A stretch of DNA of 32,000 nucleotides from Moritella sp. JT01 (GCF_001574435.1 NZ_LOCN01000001.1:297801-329800), one strand, 5' to 3'. Counted from the first letter of the stretch, positions 6,926 to 16,222 are shown. Translations and numbers: made by a program. Notes: generated by a model from the sequence alone, not told the origin.

Positions 6926-8764
6926 ATGGACAGCGATCAAATGACAAAAAAATTAAATTCAAAAGCCCAACGTAAACGATTAAACCATTATGCAGGTTGG
7001 AAGTATGTGGTTCTAATCTGCACTGTCTTAATTATGCTATTAAGTGCGATCCCTACTTTATATGGTGAAAATCCGGCACTGCAAATTAACCATAAACAAG
7101 GTCAACAACCTGCTATTCACGTGCTTAAGCAGACACTAGAAGAAAGTAATATTGCGGTAACACGTATCGATCAAGACATGGATAAAACCACGATAGTGTT
7201 AACAGACTCTAGCACTCAAACACGTGCTAAGGCGATACTCGAAGCCATATTGCCTGCAAATGATGACATTACTTTAGCACTCGTTTCTGCCGCGCCGTCT
7301 TGGTTACAGAGTATGGGACTAAAGCCGATAAAATTAGGTTTGGATCTACGTGGCGGTGTGCAGTTCTTGCTAGATGTTGATATGGAACCGGTATTCAATA
7401 TCAGAGCACAGCAATTGGTAGATAACTTACGGGCTGATTTTCGTGAGGAAGGGTTTCGAGGTGTTCGAATTAGCATTAATCATAATAATAGTTTGCAACT
7501 GAACTTGCCCACCAATGAAGAAAAAGTCACATTATTGAAATTAATGCACAACAGCTATCCACAATGGAAAGTAACTCAGAGTTCGGGGTTATTGGTTGAG
7601 GTGAGTATTCCACAAGCTGAAAAGACCGACATCATTAACCTAACTGTGCAGCAGAATTTACAAACAATGCGCAGTCGTATCGCAGAGTTAGGTATTACTG
7701 AAGCGATGGTTCAGCGCCAAGGTGAGCATCGTATCCGTATTGAATTACCCGGTGTGCAAGATCCTGCGACGGCAAAAAACGTTATCGGCGCGACAGCCAG
7801 TCTTGCCTTTCATGAGCTTAAAAACACAAGCAATGGAAGTATGCTCGTGAATAATAATCAGGGGATGCCAATACGTATTGATCGTGATGCCATATTAGGT
7901 GGTGAACACATTATTGATGCGCGAGCCAGTGTTGGTGAAATGGGGGCAGCAGAAGTTAATATTACGTTAGATAACGCCGGTGGTAAAAAAATGTCGAGCT
8001 TTACCAAGCATAATATTGGCAAGCCGATGGCAACGCTCTATAGCGAGTACAGTCGTAACGCGGATGGTTCTACCAAAAAGACTAGCAACATTATTAGTGT
8101 CGCCACCATTCAAGCCCAGTTAGGCAGTCAATTTAGAATCACGGGTGCAGGTAGTATGGTTGATGCAAAAGAGCTTGCATTGTTGCTACGTGCGGGGTCG
8201 TTAACTGCACCAGTGACGATTGTTGAAGAAAGAACGATAGGTCCTTCACTGGGGGCCGAGAATATTCAAAATGGCTTCTCAGCATTAGCGCTCGGGCTAG
8301 GTTTAACCTTGGTATTTATGGCGCTGTGGTATCGTCGCCTAGGCTGGGTTGCGAATGTCGCACTCATTGCCAATATTATTATTTTATTTGGTTTATTGGC
8401 TCTGATCCCTGGTGCTGTCTTAACGCTACCGGGTATTGCAGGGTTAGTACTTACTGTTGGTATGGCCGTCGATACAAATGTACTGGTGTTTGAGCGTATT
8501 CGAGACAAATTACGAGAAGGACGTAGTTTTGCACAAGCTATTGATCGTGGTTTTGATAGTGCATTCGCTACGATTGTTGATGCCAATATCACCACCTTAA
8601 TTATTGCGGTTGTACTGTATTCGGTCGGTCGGGGACCTGTGCAAGGATTCGCTTTAACGCTGGGCTTAGGTATCTTAACCAGTATGTTTACAGGCATCTT
8701 GGTATCACGTGCATTAATTAATAAATTATGGGGTCGTGATACTCGTCATGACTTGAAGGTATAG
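6926..8764 (+). CDS. secD: Protein translocase subunit SecD (probable second, VemP-associated paralogue)
   Basis: HYAGWKYVVLI...LYGENPALQI N-terminus, LGLDLRGGVQFLLDVD, large periplasmic domain, C-terminal TM bundle with VDTNVLVFERIRD. Start ambiguous: TTG 6923, ATG 6926 or ATG 6941. No yajC upstream. Confidence 0.93.
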   Translation: MDSDQMTKKLNSKAQRKRLNHYAGWKYVVLICTVLIMLLSAIPTLYGENPALQINHKQGQQPAIHVLKQTLEESNIAVTRIDQDMDKTTIVLTDSSTQTRAKAILEAILPANDDITLALVSAAPSWLQSMGLKPIKLGLDLRGGVQFLLDVDMEPVFNIRAQQLVDNLRADFREEGFRGVRISINHNNSLQLNLPTNEEKVTLLKLMHNSYPQWKVTQSSGLLVEVSIPQAEKTDIINLTVQQNLQTMRSRIAELGITEAMVQRQGEHRIRIELPGVQDPATAKNVIGATASLAFHELKNTSNGSMLVNNNQGMPIRIDRDAILGGEHIIDARASVGEMGAAEVNITLDNAGGKKMSSFTKHNIGKPMATLYSEYSRNADGSTKKTSNIISVATIQAQLGSQFRITGAGSMVDAKELALLLRAGSLTAPVTIVEERTIGPSLGAENIQNGFSALALGLGLTLVFMALWYRRLGWVANVALIANIIILFGLLALIPGAVLTLPGIAGLVLTVGMAVDTNVLVFERIRDKLREGRSFAQAIDRGFDSAFATIVDANITTLIIAVVLYSVGRGPVQGFALTLGLGILTSMFTGILVSRALINKLWGRDTRHDLKV

Positions 8765-9684
8765 TGAATATGAACAAAAACAATAGAAATAAATACAGTA
8801 CATTACGTTATATCAGTAGTGCTATGTCAGTGGTTTTTATGCTTATCGCAATTGCATTTATTAGTATTAATGGACTGAACTGGGGCTTGGACTTCACTGG
8901 TGGCGTTATCACCGAAGTGCAGCTTGATCCAAGCATTACAATGAGTGAGATCTCACCATTATTACAGTCAGTACTTAATCAAAATGTCAGTGTGATTGAA
9001 GGGGGAGAACTTGGCCGCTGGATCTTACGTTATGCTGAGCCTGCTGCAGGCATGAGTATTCCGGATATTACGCAGGTACTCGCGCCATTGGCAACCAATA
9101 TTCAAGTATTAAACACCAGTATTGTTGGCTCTCAAATCGGTCAAGAGTTAGCGGAGCAAGGTGGTCTTGCACTCTTAGTGTCTATGCTGTGTATCATGGC
9201 GTATTTAAGCTATCGTTTTGAATGGCGTTTGGCGTCGGGTGCATTATTTGCCTTAATACACGATGTGTTATTTGTACTCGGGGTATTTGCTGCGCTGCAA
9301 CTTGAGTTTAACCTGACGGTATTTGCGGCGATATTGGCGATTATTGGGTATTCATTGAATGATTCTATTATTATTGGGGATCGTATCCGCGAGTTACTTA
9401 TTCTTAAGCCAACCTTAGCGATAGCTGATGTGAATAATGAAGCGATTGCGGCAACGTTCTCTCGCACTATGGTGACATCGGGTACCACCTTAATGACAGT
9501 TTCGGCATTATGGTTACTTGGCGGAGGACCTTTGAACGGATTCTCTACTGCGATGTTCATTGGTTTAATTGTCGGCACATGGTCATCGATTGCTGTTGCG
9601 ACGACTTTACCTGAATGTTGGGGCTTAAATGCCAAACATTATCAGGTTGTTGAGCGAGAGGATCGATTTAGCGAAGGCTTGTAA
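8764..9684 (+). CDS. secF: Protein translocase subunit SecF
   Basis: GLNWGLDFTGG, YRFEWRLASGA, GYSLNDSIIIGDRIRE, collinear with E. coli SecF. The GTG at 8764 overlaps the secD stop by 1 nt; the ATG at 8770 is an alternative start. Confidence 0.93.
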   Translation: MNMNKNNRNKYSTLRYISSAMSVVFMLIAIAFISINGLNWGLDFTGGVITEVQLDPSITMSEISPLLQSVLNQNVSVIEGGELGRWILRYAEPAAGMSIPDITQVLAPLATNIQVLNTSIVGSQIGQELAEQGGLALLVSMLCIMAYLSYRFEWRLASGALFALIHDVLFVLGVFAALQLEFNLTVFAAILAIIGYSLNDSIIIGDRIRELLILKPTLAIADVNNEAIAATFSRTMVTSGTTLMTVSALWLLGGGPLNGFSTAMFIGLIVGTWSSIAVATTLPECWGLNAKHYQVVEREDRFSEGL

Positions 9685-9705
9685 GTTTCAGATTGTTGCT
9701 AATTT

Positions 9706-9745
9706 AAGCGCGTGGGTTTGGCTAATAGCCCCGCGCTTATTTATG
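9706..9745 (+). terminator. Candidate terminator after secF
   Basis: AAGCGCGTGGG...CCCCGCGCTT: GC-rich stem with one bulge and a 12-nt loop, followed by a T-rich ATTTATG. The weak U-tract lowers confidence. Confidence 0.5.
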
Positions 9746-9956
9746 ATCAGCGGATCTATCTGTAGATATTGTGATATAGCACAGACTATTTTTATCCTAA
9801 TATCTAATTAACTCATCCGACTATTTCATCTTTATTTAGGAATGTGTACTATAGCGATGTCAATTAATTGGCGGAGGTTAATTTTTGACACACTTTAGCT
9901 GTAGTTAAAGTGATTTAATTATTTTAAGTTTAAGCAAGGTTAGCGCAGGCTGTAAT

Positions 9957-11423
9957 ATGGATACTACTGAGTCAGTTTTTGTAATTGATGAGAATATTGA
10001 ACGCAGAAAAAATTTAGAAACAATCTTGTCCTTTCTTGGTGAAAGTTGGCAGAGTTATGATTCCCATATCAATATTAATGCGAAGATCGATCTTGCTGCC
10101 AATAGTGTTATCGTTTCTTCAGATAATTACTCAGAAAAGGAATTATCTGCATTACTTGATGCTAACCCAATGAATCCGTTTTTGACTTTTGGTGTACAAA
10201 GCACTGCATCAGAGGAAGGTAATTTAATTGGTCATATCGAGCTGCCTTTATCTTATCAACAACTGACACTCTTACTTGGACGTTGCCAATCTTATCGCCA
10301 ATGTGTGGCGAGTAAGTTAGGACAATCAGCATCCGCGTCAAAAGCATTAATTAAGCAGTTGGTTGGTCGTGGTGATGCGATCCAAAGTGTCCGTCATTTG
10401 ATCACGCAAGTGGCGAAAAAAAGCGCGAATGTTTTAGTGTTGGGTGAATCCGGCACGGGTAAAGAAGTGATTGCCCGTTCAATCCATGATGCATCATCAC
10501 GTAACAATGGTCCATTTGTCCCTATTAACTGTGGTGCTATTCCGGCTGAATTATTAGAAAGTGAATTATTCGGTCATGAAAAAGGTGCATTTACCGGCGC
10601 GTTTTCAGCCCGTAAAGGACGTTTTGAACTGGCCTGTGGTGGTACTTTATTTCTTGATGAAATCGGTGATATGCCACAGCCAATGCAAGTGAAATTATTA
10701 CGTGTTTTACAAGAACGTGTTTTTGAACGCGTGGGTGGCAGTAAAGCAATTAAAGCTGATGTCAGGATTATTGCGGCAACACACCGTAATTTAGAAAAAA
10801 TGATCCTTGATGGTGAATTCCGTGAAGATCTCTATTACCGTTTAAATGTATTTCCAATTGAAAGCCCTGCATTACGTGAGCGCCCAGATGATATCCCATT
10901 ATTGATCCAAGAGTTATTACGTCGACACGAAGCAGAGCATGATGCGACAATCTTATTTACGCAACGGGCAATGGAATCGTTAATGCAACATTCATGGCCC
11001 GGTAATGTACGTGAGCTATCGAATTTGATCGAACGTTTACTTATCATGACGGCTGGTAATATTGTTGATATTGGTGAGCTACCTGCTAAATATCGTTATA
11101 ACGATGATGGTGAAAGTCAGATTGTGAGTTCAGAATTACCGAGTGAATTAGCAGAGCGTGACGCTATTTCGGCTATGTTTAATGATGATATTTTTGCCGA
11201 TGTAGAAGAATCACAAGAAGATGGTTTCTTCTCGATGCCAAATAGTTTGCCTGAAACGGGTGTGAATCTTAAAGAGATGCTGGCTGAATTCGAAATTGAC
11301 ATGATCAAACAAGCCCTCGATCAACAAGCGCACGTTGTCGCCAGAGCGGCGGATCAACTTGGCATGCGTAGAACGACACTGGTTGAAAAAATGCGTAAGT
11401 ATGGATTACAGAAAGAAGCTTAA
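9957..11423 (+). CDS. flrA: Sigma54-dependent flagellar master regulator FlrA/FleQ
   Basis: FleQ-type N-terminal domain. AAA+ core with [56 protein letters not shown]-terminal Fis-type [24 protein letters not shown]. Positioned before flrBC. Confidence 0.92.
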   Translation: MDTTESVFVIDENIERRKNLETILSFLGESWQSYDSHININAKIDLAANSVIVSSDNYSEKELSALLDANPMNPFLTFGVQSTASEEGNLIGHIELPLSYQQLTLLLGRCQSYRQCVASKLGQSASASKALIKQLVGRGDAIQSVRHLITQVAKKSANVLVLGESGTGKEVIARSIHDASSRNNGPFVPINCGAIPAELLESELFGHEKGAFTGAFSARKGRFELACGGTLFLDEIGDMPQPMQVKLLRVLQERVFERVGGSKAIKADVRIIAATHRNLEKMILDGEFREDLYYRLNVFPIESPALRERPDDIPLLIQELLRRHEAEHDATILFTQRAMESLMQHSWPGNVRELSNLIERLLIMTAGNIVDIGELPAKYRYNDDGESQIVSSELPSELAERDAISAMFNDDIFADVEESQEDGFFSMPNSLPETGVNLKEMLAEFEIDMIKQALDQQAHVVARAADQLGMRRTTLVEKMRKYGLQKEA

Positions 11424-11473
11424 ATAAATGTAACCAAGCGTAAATTTACTTATCATTGATAAAAAACGAGAAA

Positions 11474-11497
11474 GCTCAACATAATGTTGGGCTTTTT
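11474..11497 (+). terminator. Rho-independent terminator after flrA
   Basis: GCTCAACAT-A-ATGTTGGGC hairpin (one G-U pair) followed by T5. Confidence 0.7.
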
Positions 11498-11533
11498 GTG
11501 TTTAAAACCAGGTGGTTACATTGTTTGAATTGT

Positions 11534-11549
11534 TGGCACACTAAATGCA
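11534..11549 (+). promoter_or_regulatory. Sigma54 (-24/-12) promoter for flrBC
   Basis: TGGCAC-ACTAA-ATGCAT matches TGGCAC-N5-TTGCW with correct GG/GC spacing, about 40 nt upstream of the flrB ATG. Confidence 0.8.
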
Positions 11550-11587
11550 TTGTTAGGTGTGAGTCAATTTTTTAGCGGAGTGCTACC

Positions 11588-12643
11588 ATGGTACAAGAAT
11601 CTTATCCCGGCGAATTAGCAGAACTACGAGCGCACAAAGATCGTAGTGAAAAGTTAGTAGAAGCATTGCCGTCAGGGTTGGTTATTCTTGATGGCAACGG
11701 TATTGTCATTGAAGTCAATAAAGTTGCCGTGCAATTACTTGGCGAGCCATTGATCGATTCACGTTGGATGGATGTGATTCAACGTGCGTTTACCCCTAAA
11801 GAAGATGACGGACATGAAATATCATTAAAGAATGGCTGTAAAGTTCAACTTTCGATCACGACACTTGGCACGCAACCTGGTCAGTTAATCATGTTGACAG
11901 ACTTAACGTATACACGTCATTTACAAGAGCGTGTCAGTCATATGAAACAGTTGTCGTCGTTGGGACGAATGGTAGCGTCATTAGCACACCAGATCCGCAC
12001 GCCATTATCAGCGGCATTATTATACGGCTCTAATCTTGCTAACCCGAATCTCCCGCCAGCATCAAAGAAACGTTTTCAAAGTAAACTGATTCAACGGCTT
12101 AATGATTTGGAAAACCAAGTTAATGACATGCTGCTATTTGCACGCACGGGCAAAGATTTAGTGGTTGAAGAGATTTCACTGCAGAACTTATTAGTGCAAG
12201 TGCAAGCGGGCAGCGAAGCTATGATGTTGCAGACTGGTAGCAACATGGACGTGACACTACCCGAACCCGATTTATTAATTTTAGCTAATCGCAATGCATT
12301 ATCTAGCGCGATTGGTAATTTGATACAAAATGCATTACACGCTTGCGGTCAAGGGGCTAACCTCGCTATTTCTGCCGTCCGATCCGGTGACGACAAAGTC
12401 GCAATTGTGGTATCTGATGATGGTCCTGGGATCTCAAAACTCATGCAAGTAAAAATTTTAGAACCTTTCTTTACCACCAAATCACAGGGCACGGGTCTTG
12501 GCCTCGCCGTTGTACAAAGTGTGGTAAAAGCACACCATGGCAGTTTAGAGTTAGACTCAACTGTCGGTGAAGGCAGTCGTTTTAGTATAATCGTACCGCT
12601 ACATCGCGTAGCAGAACCTCAACCAATGGTAATAGGTGGATAA
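11588..12643 (+). CDS. flrB: Flagellar sensor histidine kinase FlrB/FleS (cytoplasmic, PAS-HisKA-HATPase)
   Basis: N-terminal PAS-like region, H-box SLAHQIRTPLSA, N-box LIQNALHA, G-boxes DDGPGI and GTGLGLA. No TM segments. Confidence 0.9.
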   Translation: MVQESYPGELAELRAHKDRSEKLVEALPSGLVILDGNGIVIEVNKVAVQLLGEPLIDSRWMDVIQRAFTPKEDDGHEISLKNGCKVQLSITTLGTQPGQLIMLTDLTYTRHLQERVSHMKQLSSLGRMVASLAHQIRTPLSAALLYGSNLANPNLPPASKKRFQSKLIQRLNDLENQVNDMLLFARTGKDLVVEEISLQNLLVQVQAGSEAMMLQTGSNMDVTLPEPDLLILANRNALSSAIGNLIQNALHACGQGANLAISAVRSGDDKVAIVVSDDGPGISKLMQVKILEPFFTTKSQGTGLGLAVVQSVVKAHHGSLELDSTVGEGSRFSIIVPLHRVAEPQPMVIGG

Positions 12644-14039
12644 CAGTATGTCCCATTCTCAAATTCTTGTAGTTGAAGATGATTTAGGTCTTCGTGAAGC
12701 CTTGGTTGATACCTTATTAATGGCTGGTTATGAATGCGATGAAGTTGATAGCGGTGAAAGCGCACTGATTGCATTAGGTAAAAAACCCTATGATATGGTC
12801 GTGAGTGATATCCAAATGGGTGGCATGACGGGATTAACTTTACTGCATAATATTAAACAAAAATACCCCGATTTACCGGTATTGTTAATGACGGCCTATG
12901 CCAAAGTAGATGATGCGGTAACGGCAATGCGTAATGGTGCTGTTGACTACATTGGTAAACCTTTCTCTCCAGAAGTATTGATTAATCAGGTTGGTCGTTA
13001 TGTACCACCACAAAAAATAGCTAAGCGCACACCTTGTTACGGTGATGAGAAAACAGAGCAACTATTAAGTTTGGCGCGTAAAGTGGCCAAATCAGATGCA
13101 ACCGTCATGGTGACAGGCCCAAGTGGAACGGGTAAAGAAGTGCTATCACGTTATATTCATGATAATTCGCTGCGTTATGACGGTCCATTTGTGGCGATTA
13201 ACTGTGCGGCGATCCCAGATAATATGTTAGAAGCAACACTGTTTGGTTATGAAAAAGGCGCATTTACTGGCGCGATACAAGCATGCCCAGGGAAATTTGA
13301 GCAAGCACAAAACGGTACCATTTTACTGGATGAAATCTCGGAAATGGATTTATCGCTGCAAGTTAAATTATTACGGGTATTGCAAGAGCGTGAAGTTGAG
13401 CGCTTAGGTAGCCGTAAAACCATTAAACTTAATATACGCATCATTGCTACCAGTAACCGTAATATGAAACAAGCTGTCGCGAATGGTGATTTCAGAGAAG
13501 ATTTATATTATCGCTTAAATGTATTCCCATTAGCTTGGTTACCGTTAACTGAGCGTAAAGGTGATATTTTACCGATAGCAGAGCATTTATTAAAATCACA
13601 CTGTAAGCAAAATAATATTCCAACACTAGAGTTACTTAACTGCGCGAAGGCGAAGTTACAGATTTATCATTGGCCGGGTAATGTACGTGAATTGGACAAC
13701 GTGATCCAACGCGCGATGATTTTAGCGGTTGATGGAAAAATAAAAGATGCAGATCTTATTTTAGAAGATTTTACAGCCGCAGATTTACAAGTAATAGTAC
13801 CGATTGGTCAAGCGCCAAAGCTGAATATTAAAGCAGAAATCCCTATGCGCCGCATTAATTTACCCAATGAGCCTTTAGGTAACGAATTACGTCAACAAGA
13901 GTATCAAATTATTTTGGAAACGTTGATCGGCTGTAATGGCGTGCGTAAAAACGTTTCAGAGACATTGGGTATCAGTCCACGTACATTGCGCTATAAATTA
14001 GCAAAAATGCGAGAACAAGGCATCGAAATCCCTGCATAA
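12636..14039 (+). CDS. flrC: Sigma54-dependent response regulator FlrC/FleR
   Basis: REC domain (ILVVEDD, VVSDIQMGGMTG, KPF). AAA+ core [51 protein letters not shown]. Overlaps flrB by 8 nt; the ATG at 12648 (MSHSQ) is an alternative start. Confidence 0.92.
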   Translation: MDNSMSHSQILVVEDDLGLREALVDTLLMAGYECDEVDSGESALIALGKKPYDMVVSDIQMGGMTGLTLLHNIKQKYPDLPVLLMTAYAKVDDAVTAMRNGAVDYIGKPFSPEVLINQVGRYVPPQKIAKRTPCYGDEKTEQLLSLARKVAKSDATVMVTGPSGTGKEVLSRYIHDNSLRYDGPFVAINCAAIPDNMLEATLFGYEKGAFTGAIQACPGKFEQAQNGTILLDEISEMDLSLQVKLLRVLQEREVERLGSRKTIKLNIRIIATSNRNMKQAVANGDFREDLYYRLNVFPLAWLPLTERKGDILPIAEHLLKSHCKQNNIPTLELLNCAKAKLQIYHWPGNVRELDNVIQRAMILAVDGKIKDADLILEDFTAADLQVIVPIGQAPKLNIKAEIPMRRINLPNEPLGNELRQQEYQIILETLIGCNGVRKNVSETLGISPRTLRYKLAKMREQGIEIPA

Positions 14040-14070
14040 CTATTTATAAAAAACAATCGTTATAAAAAAG

Positions 14071-14103
14071 GCCGTAATCAATTGAAATTACGGCTTTTTT
14101 TGT
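14071..14103 (+). terminator. Rho-independent terminator after flrC
   Basis: GCCGTAAT-CAATTGAA-ATTACGGC followed by a T9 run. Confidence 0.85.
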
Positions 14104-14119
14104 TGGCATGTTAATTGCT
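14104..14119 (+). promoter_or_regulatory. Sigma54 (-24/-12) promoter for the fliE operon
   Basis: TGGCAT-GTTAA-TTGCT, immediately after the flrC terminator and about 40 nt upstream of the fliE ATG. Confidence 0.8.
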
Positions 14120-14160
14120 AAATTCAAGGTAGGTCAAAAATATGACAATGAGGATAACCA

Positions 14161-14490
14161 ATGAATATCGCAGCCAATAATCTTTACTCTGAAATGCAAA
14201 GCATGTCGTTACAGGCGACTAAATTTGAAGCAGATCCTACCGCGATAAAAGTGCCAACCACAACATCAGCCAATTTTGGTGATATGTTGCAGCAAGCAAT
14301 GGATAGTGTGAACGGATTACAGCAAAATACTGGCGATTTACGCACCCGTTTCGATCAAGGTGATCGCAGTGTGTCCCTAAGTGATGTTATGATAGCATCG
14401 CAAAAATCGGGGATAGCATTCGATGCTACGGTACAGGTTCGTAACAAATTGATCGAATCTTATAAAGAAATAATGAGTATGCCTGTTTAA
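14161..14490 (+). CDS. fliE: Flagellar hook-basal body complex protein FliE
   Basis: 109 aa. FGDMLQQAMDSVNGLQ and the conserved C-terminus VRNKLIESYKEIMSMPV. GAGGA Shine-Dalgarno upstream. Confidence 0.9.
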   Translation: MNIAANNLYSEMQSMSLQATKFEADPTAIKVPTTTSANFGDMLQQAMDSVNGLQQNTGDLRTRFDQGDRSVSLSDVMIASQKSGIAFDATVQVRNKLIESYKEIMSMPV

Positions 14491-14512
14491 TCTCGGGTAA
14501 AGGAGTAACTCT

Positions 14513-16222
14513 GTGGCTGACATAGCTTCAAATACAGGTATCGTAAGTAATGACGATATGGGTAATGATTTAGCGCAATTAGATGAGAATGAGCAAAAAA
14601 GCTCAGCATTTGGTTTTTTTACTAATGCCGATATCTTACGTCAAATCATTCTAATCTTAGCATTAGCGATCTCGTTAACCTTAGTGGTATTTATTTTACT
14701 CTGGGGAAAAGATCCTGAAATGCGTCCTTTAGGCATGTATCAAACAGCTGAACTCATTGAAACCCTCGAATTTTTAGACCAACAGAAAATAGAATATAAA
14801 ATTAATGGTGATACGGTCTCTGTTCCTGCTGAGCAGTATCAAGACATTAAATTACGATTACGTCGTTCAGGACTCGTCACTGCTGAATTACAAGGTGACG
14901 ATATTTTGATGAAAGATATGGGCTTTGGTGTCAGTCAGCGTGTCGAACAAGAACGTTTAAAACTGGGTCGTGAACGTCAAATATCACGGGCATTAACAGA
15001 ATTTAAACATGTATCAAAGGCACAAGTATTATTAGCAATCCCAAAAGAGAATGTGTTTGCTAAGCGTGATAAGAAACCCAGCGCAACAGTCGTATTGACG
15101 GTACGTAACAGCAGCGCAATCTCACAAGAAAATATTGATGCTATGGTGCAATTGGTTGCTTCTGCTGTTCAAGGCTTAGAGCCAACCCGCGTGACCTTGA
15201 CTGATCAAAATGGCCGTTTATTGAACTCGGGCAGTCAAGACATGATGGCAGTAAAAGGCCGACGTGAATTTGAAATGGTAAAAAATCATGAACGTGAGTA
15301 CCGAGAAAAAATAGATTCTATACTTATCCCTATCTTAGGTGTCAGTAATTATACCGCTGAAGTTGATGTATCAATGGACTTTAGTGTGACAGAGCAAACA
15401 CAAAAACGTTTTAATCCCGATTTACCTGCAATACGCAGTGAAATGTTATTGGAGCGTCAATCGATCGGTAATGCTAGTCAAGGTATTCCGGGTGCATTAA
15501 CCAATCAACCACCATTAGACGCGGATATACCTGAAGAGGCCGCTGGAGACAATGTCGCTGCTCGTCCTATTGGCCAATCTCAAAAAGAATCAACGCGAAA
15601 TTATGAACTTGATACAACGATCAGTCACACTAAATCACAAACTGGTATTATTCAGCGCTTAAGTGTGTCTGTTGCGATAGATTACATTAATAGTACGGGT
15701 GCAGATGGAACATTGGTGAGAGAACCTCGTAGTCAAGCTGAACTCGCCAATATTCGTCGTGTCTTACAAGGTGGTGTGGGCTTTAATGTTAACCGAGGTG
15801 ATGTTCTTGAGGTTGTTTCAATCCCATTTCATCGTCCTGAATTGGCTGCGATGGCTGAACTTCCAATTTGGGAAGAAGAATGGTTTTGGCGTGCCGTACG
15901 TATTGCAGCTAGCCTAATCGTGATTGTGATATTAATCATGGCCATTATTCGTCCTATGATTAAACGCTTAATTAACAATGAACCTGAAGAAAAACTAGAA
16001 GATTTAGACTTAGGTATCAGTGCGATTGAAAATGACGAAGATATGCAATTGCTTACTGCCGATACCGATGTTGATACCGACTTTGCAATGCGCAGTGGTC
16101 ATTTACAGTTACCTAACTTACACAAAGATGAAGACTTGCTCGAAGCGGTTCGTGCACTGGTTGCTAACGAACCTGACTTAACTGCATTAGTAATTAAAGA
16201 ATGGATGATAGAAGATGCCTGA
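14513..16222 (+). CDS. fliF: Flagellar MS-ring protein FliF
   Basis: 569 aa. GTG start with AAGGAG Shine-Dalgarno. N-terminal TM, YscJ/FliF ring-building motifs, second TM (IAASLIVIVILIMAII), acidic C-terminal FliG-binding tail. Confidence 0.92.
   Translation: MADIASNTGIVSNDDMGNDLAQLDENEQKSSAFGFFTNADILRQIILILALAISLTLVVFILLWGKDPEMRPLGMYQTAELIETLEFLDQQKIEYKINGDTVSVPAEQYQDIKLRLRRSGLVTAELQGDDILMKDMGFGVSQRVEQERLKLGRERQISRALTEFKHVSKAQVLLAIPKENVFAKRDKKPSATVVLTVRNSSAISQENIDAMVQLVASAVQGLEPTRVTLTDQNGRLLNSGSQDMMAVKGRREFEMVKNHEREYREKIDSILIPILGVSNYTAEVDVSMDFSVTEQTQKRFNPDLPAIRSEMLLERQSIGNASQGIPGALTNQPPLDADIPEEAAGDNVAARPIGQSQKESTRNYELDTTISHTKSQTGIIQRLSVSVAIDYINSTGADGTLVREPRSQAELANIRRVLQGGVGFNVNRGDVLEVVSIPFHRPELAAMAELPIWEEEWFWRAVRIAASLIVIVILIMAIIRPMIKRLINNEPEEKLEDLDLGISAIENDEDMQLLTADTDVDTDFAMRSGHLQLPNLHKDEDLLEAVRALVANEPDLTALVIKEWMIEDA

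Noticed and set aside
6680-6936. Long-range pairing of the putative arrest codons (CGCTGT 6680-6685) with ACAGCG (6930-6935) in the secD initiation region
   Set aside because: It is only 6-7 bp across about 245 nt, which cannot be distinguished from chance by eye. It is kept only as something for a folding program to test.
7216-9635. Antisense ORFs inside secD/secF (7216..7476, 8266..8697, 9210..9635)
   Set aside because: They lie opposite well-supported conserved genes. Their products are low-complexity (S/T/N/I/A-rich) mirror translations of membrane-protein codons, and they have no ribosome-binding sites.
9629-9811. Track ORF 9629..9811 (+), 60 aa
   Set aside because: It overlaps the 3' end of secF out of frame, spans the secF terminator hairpin, and has no ribosome-binding site or recognisable motif.
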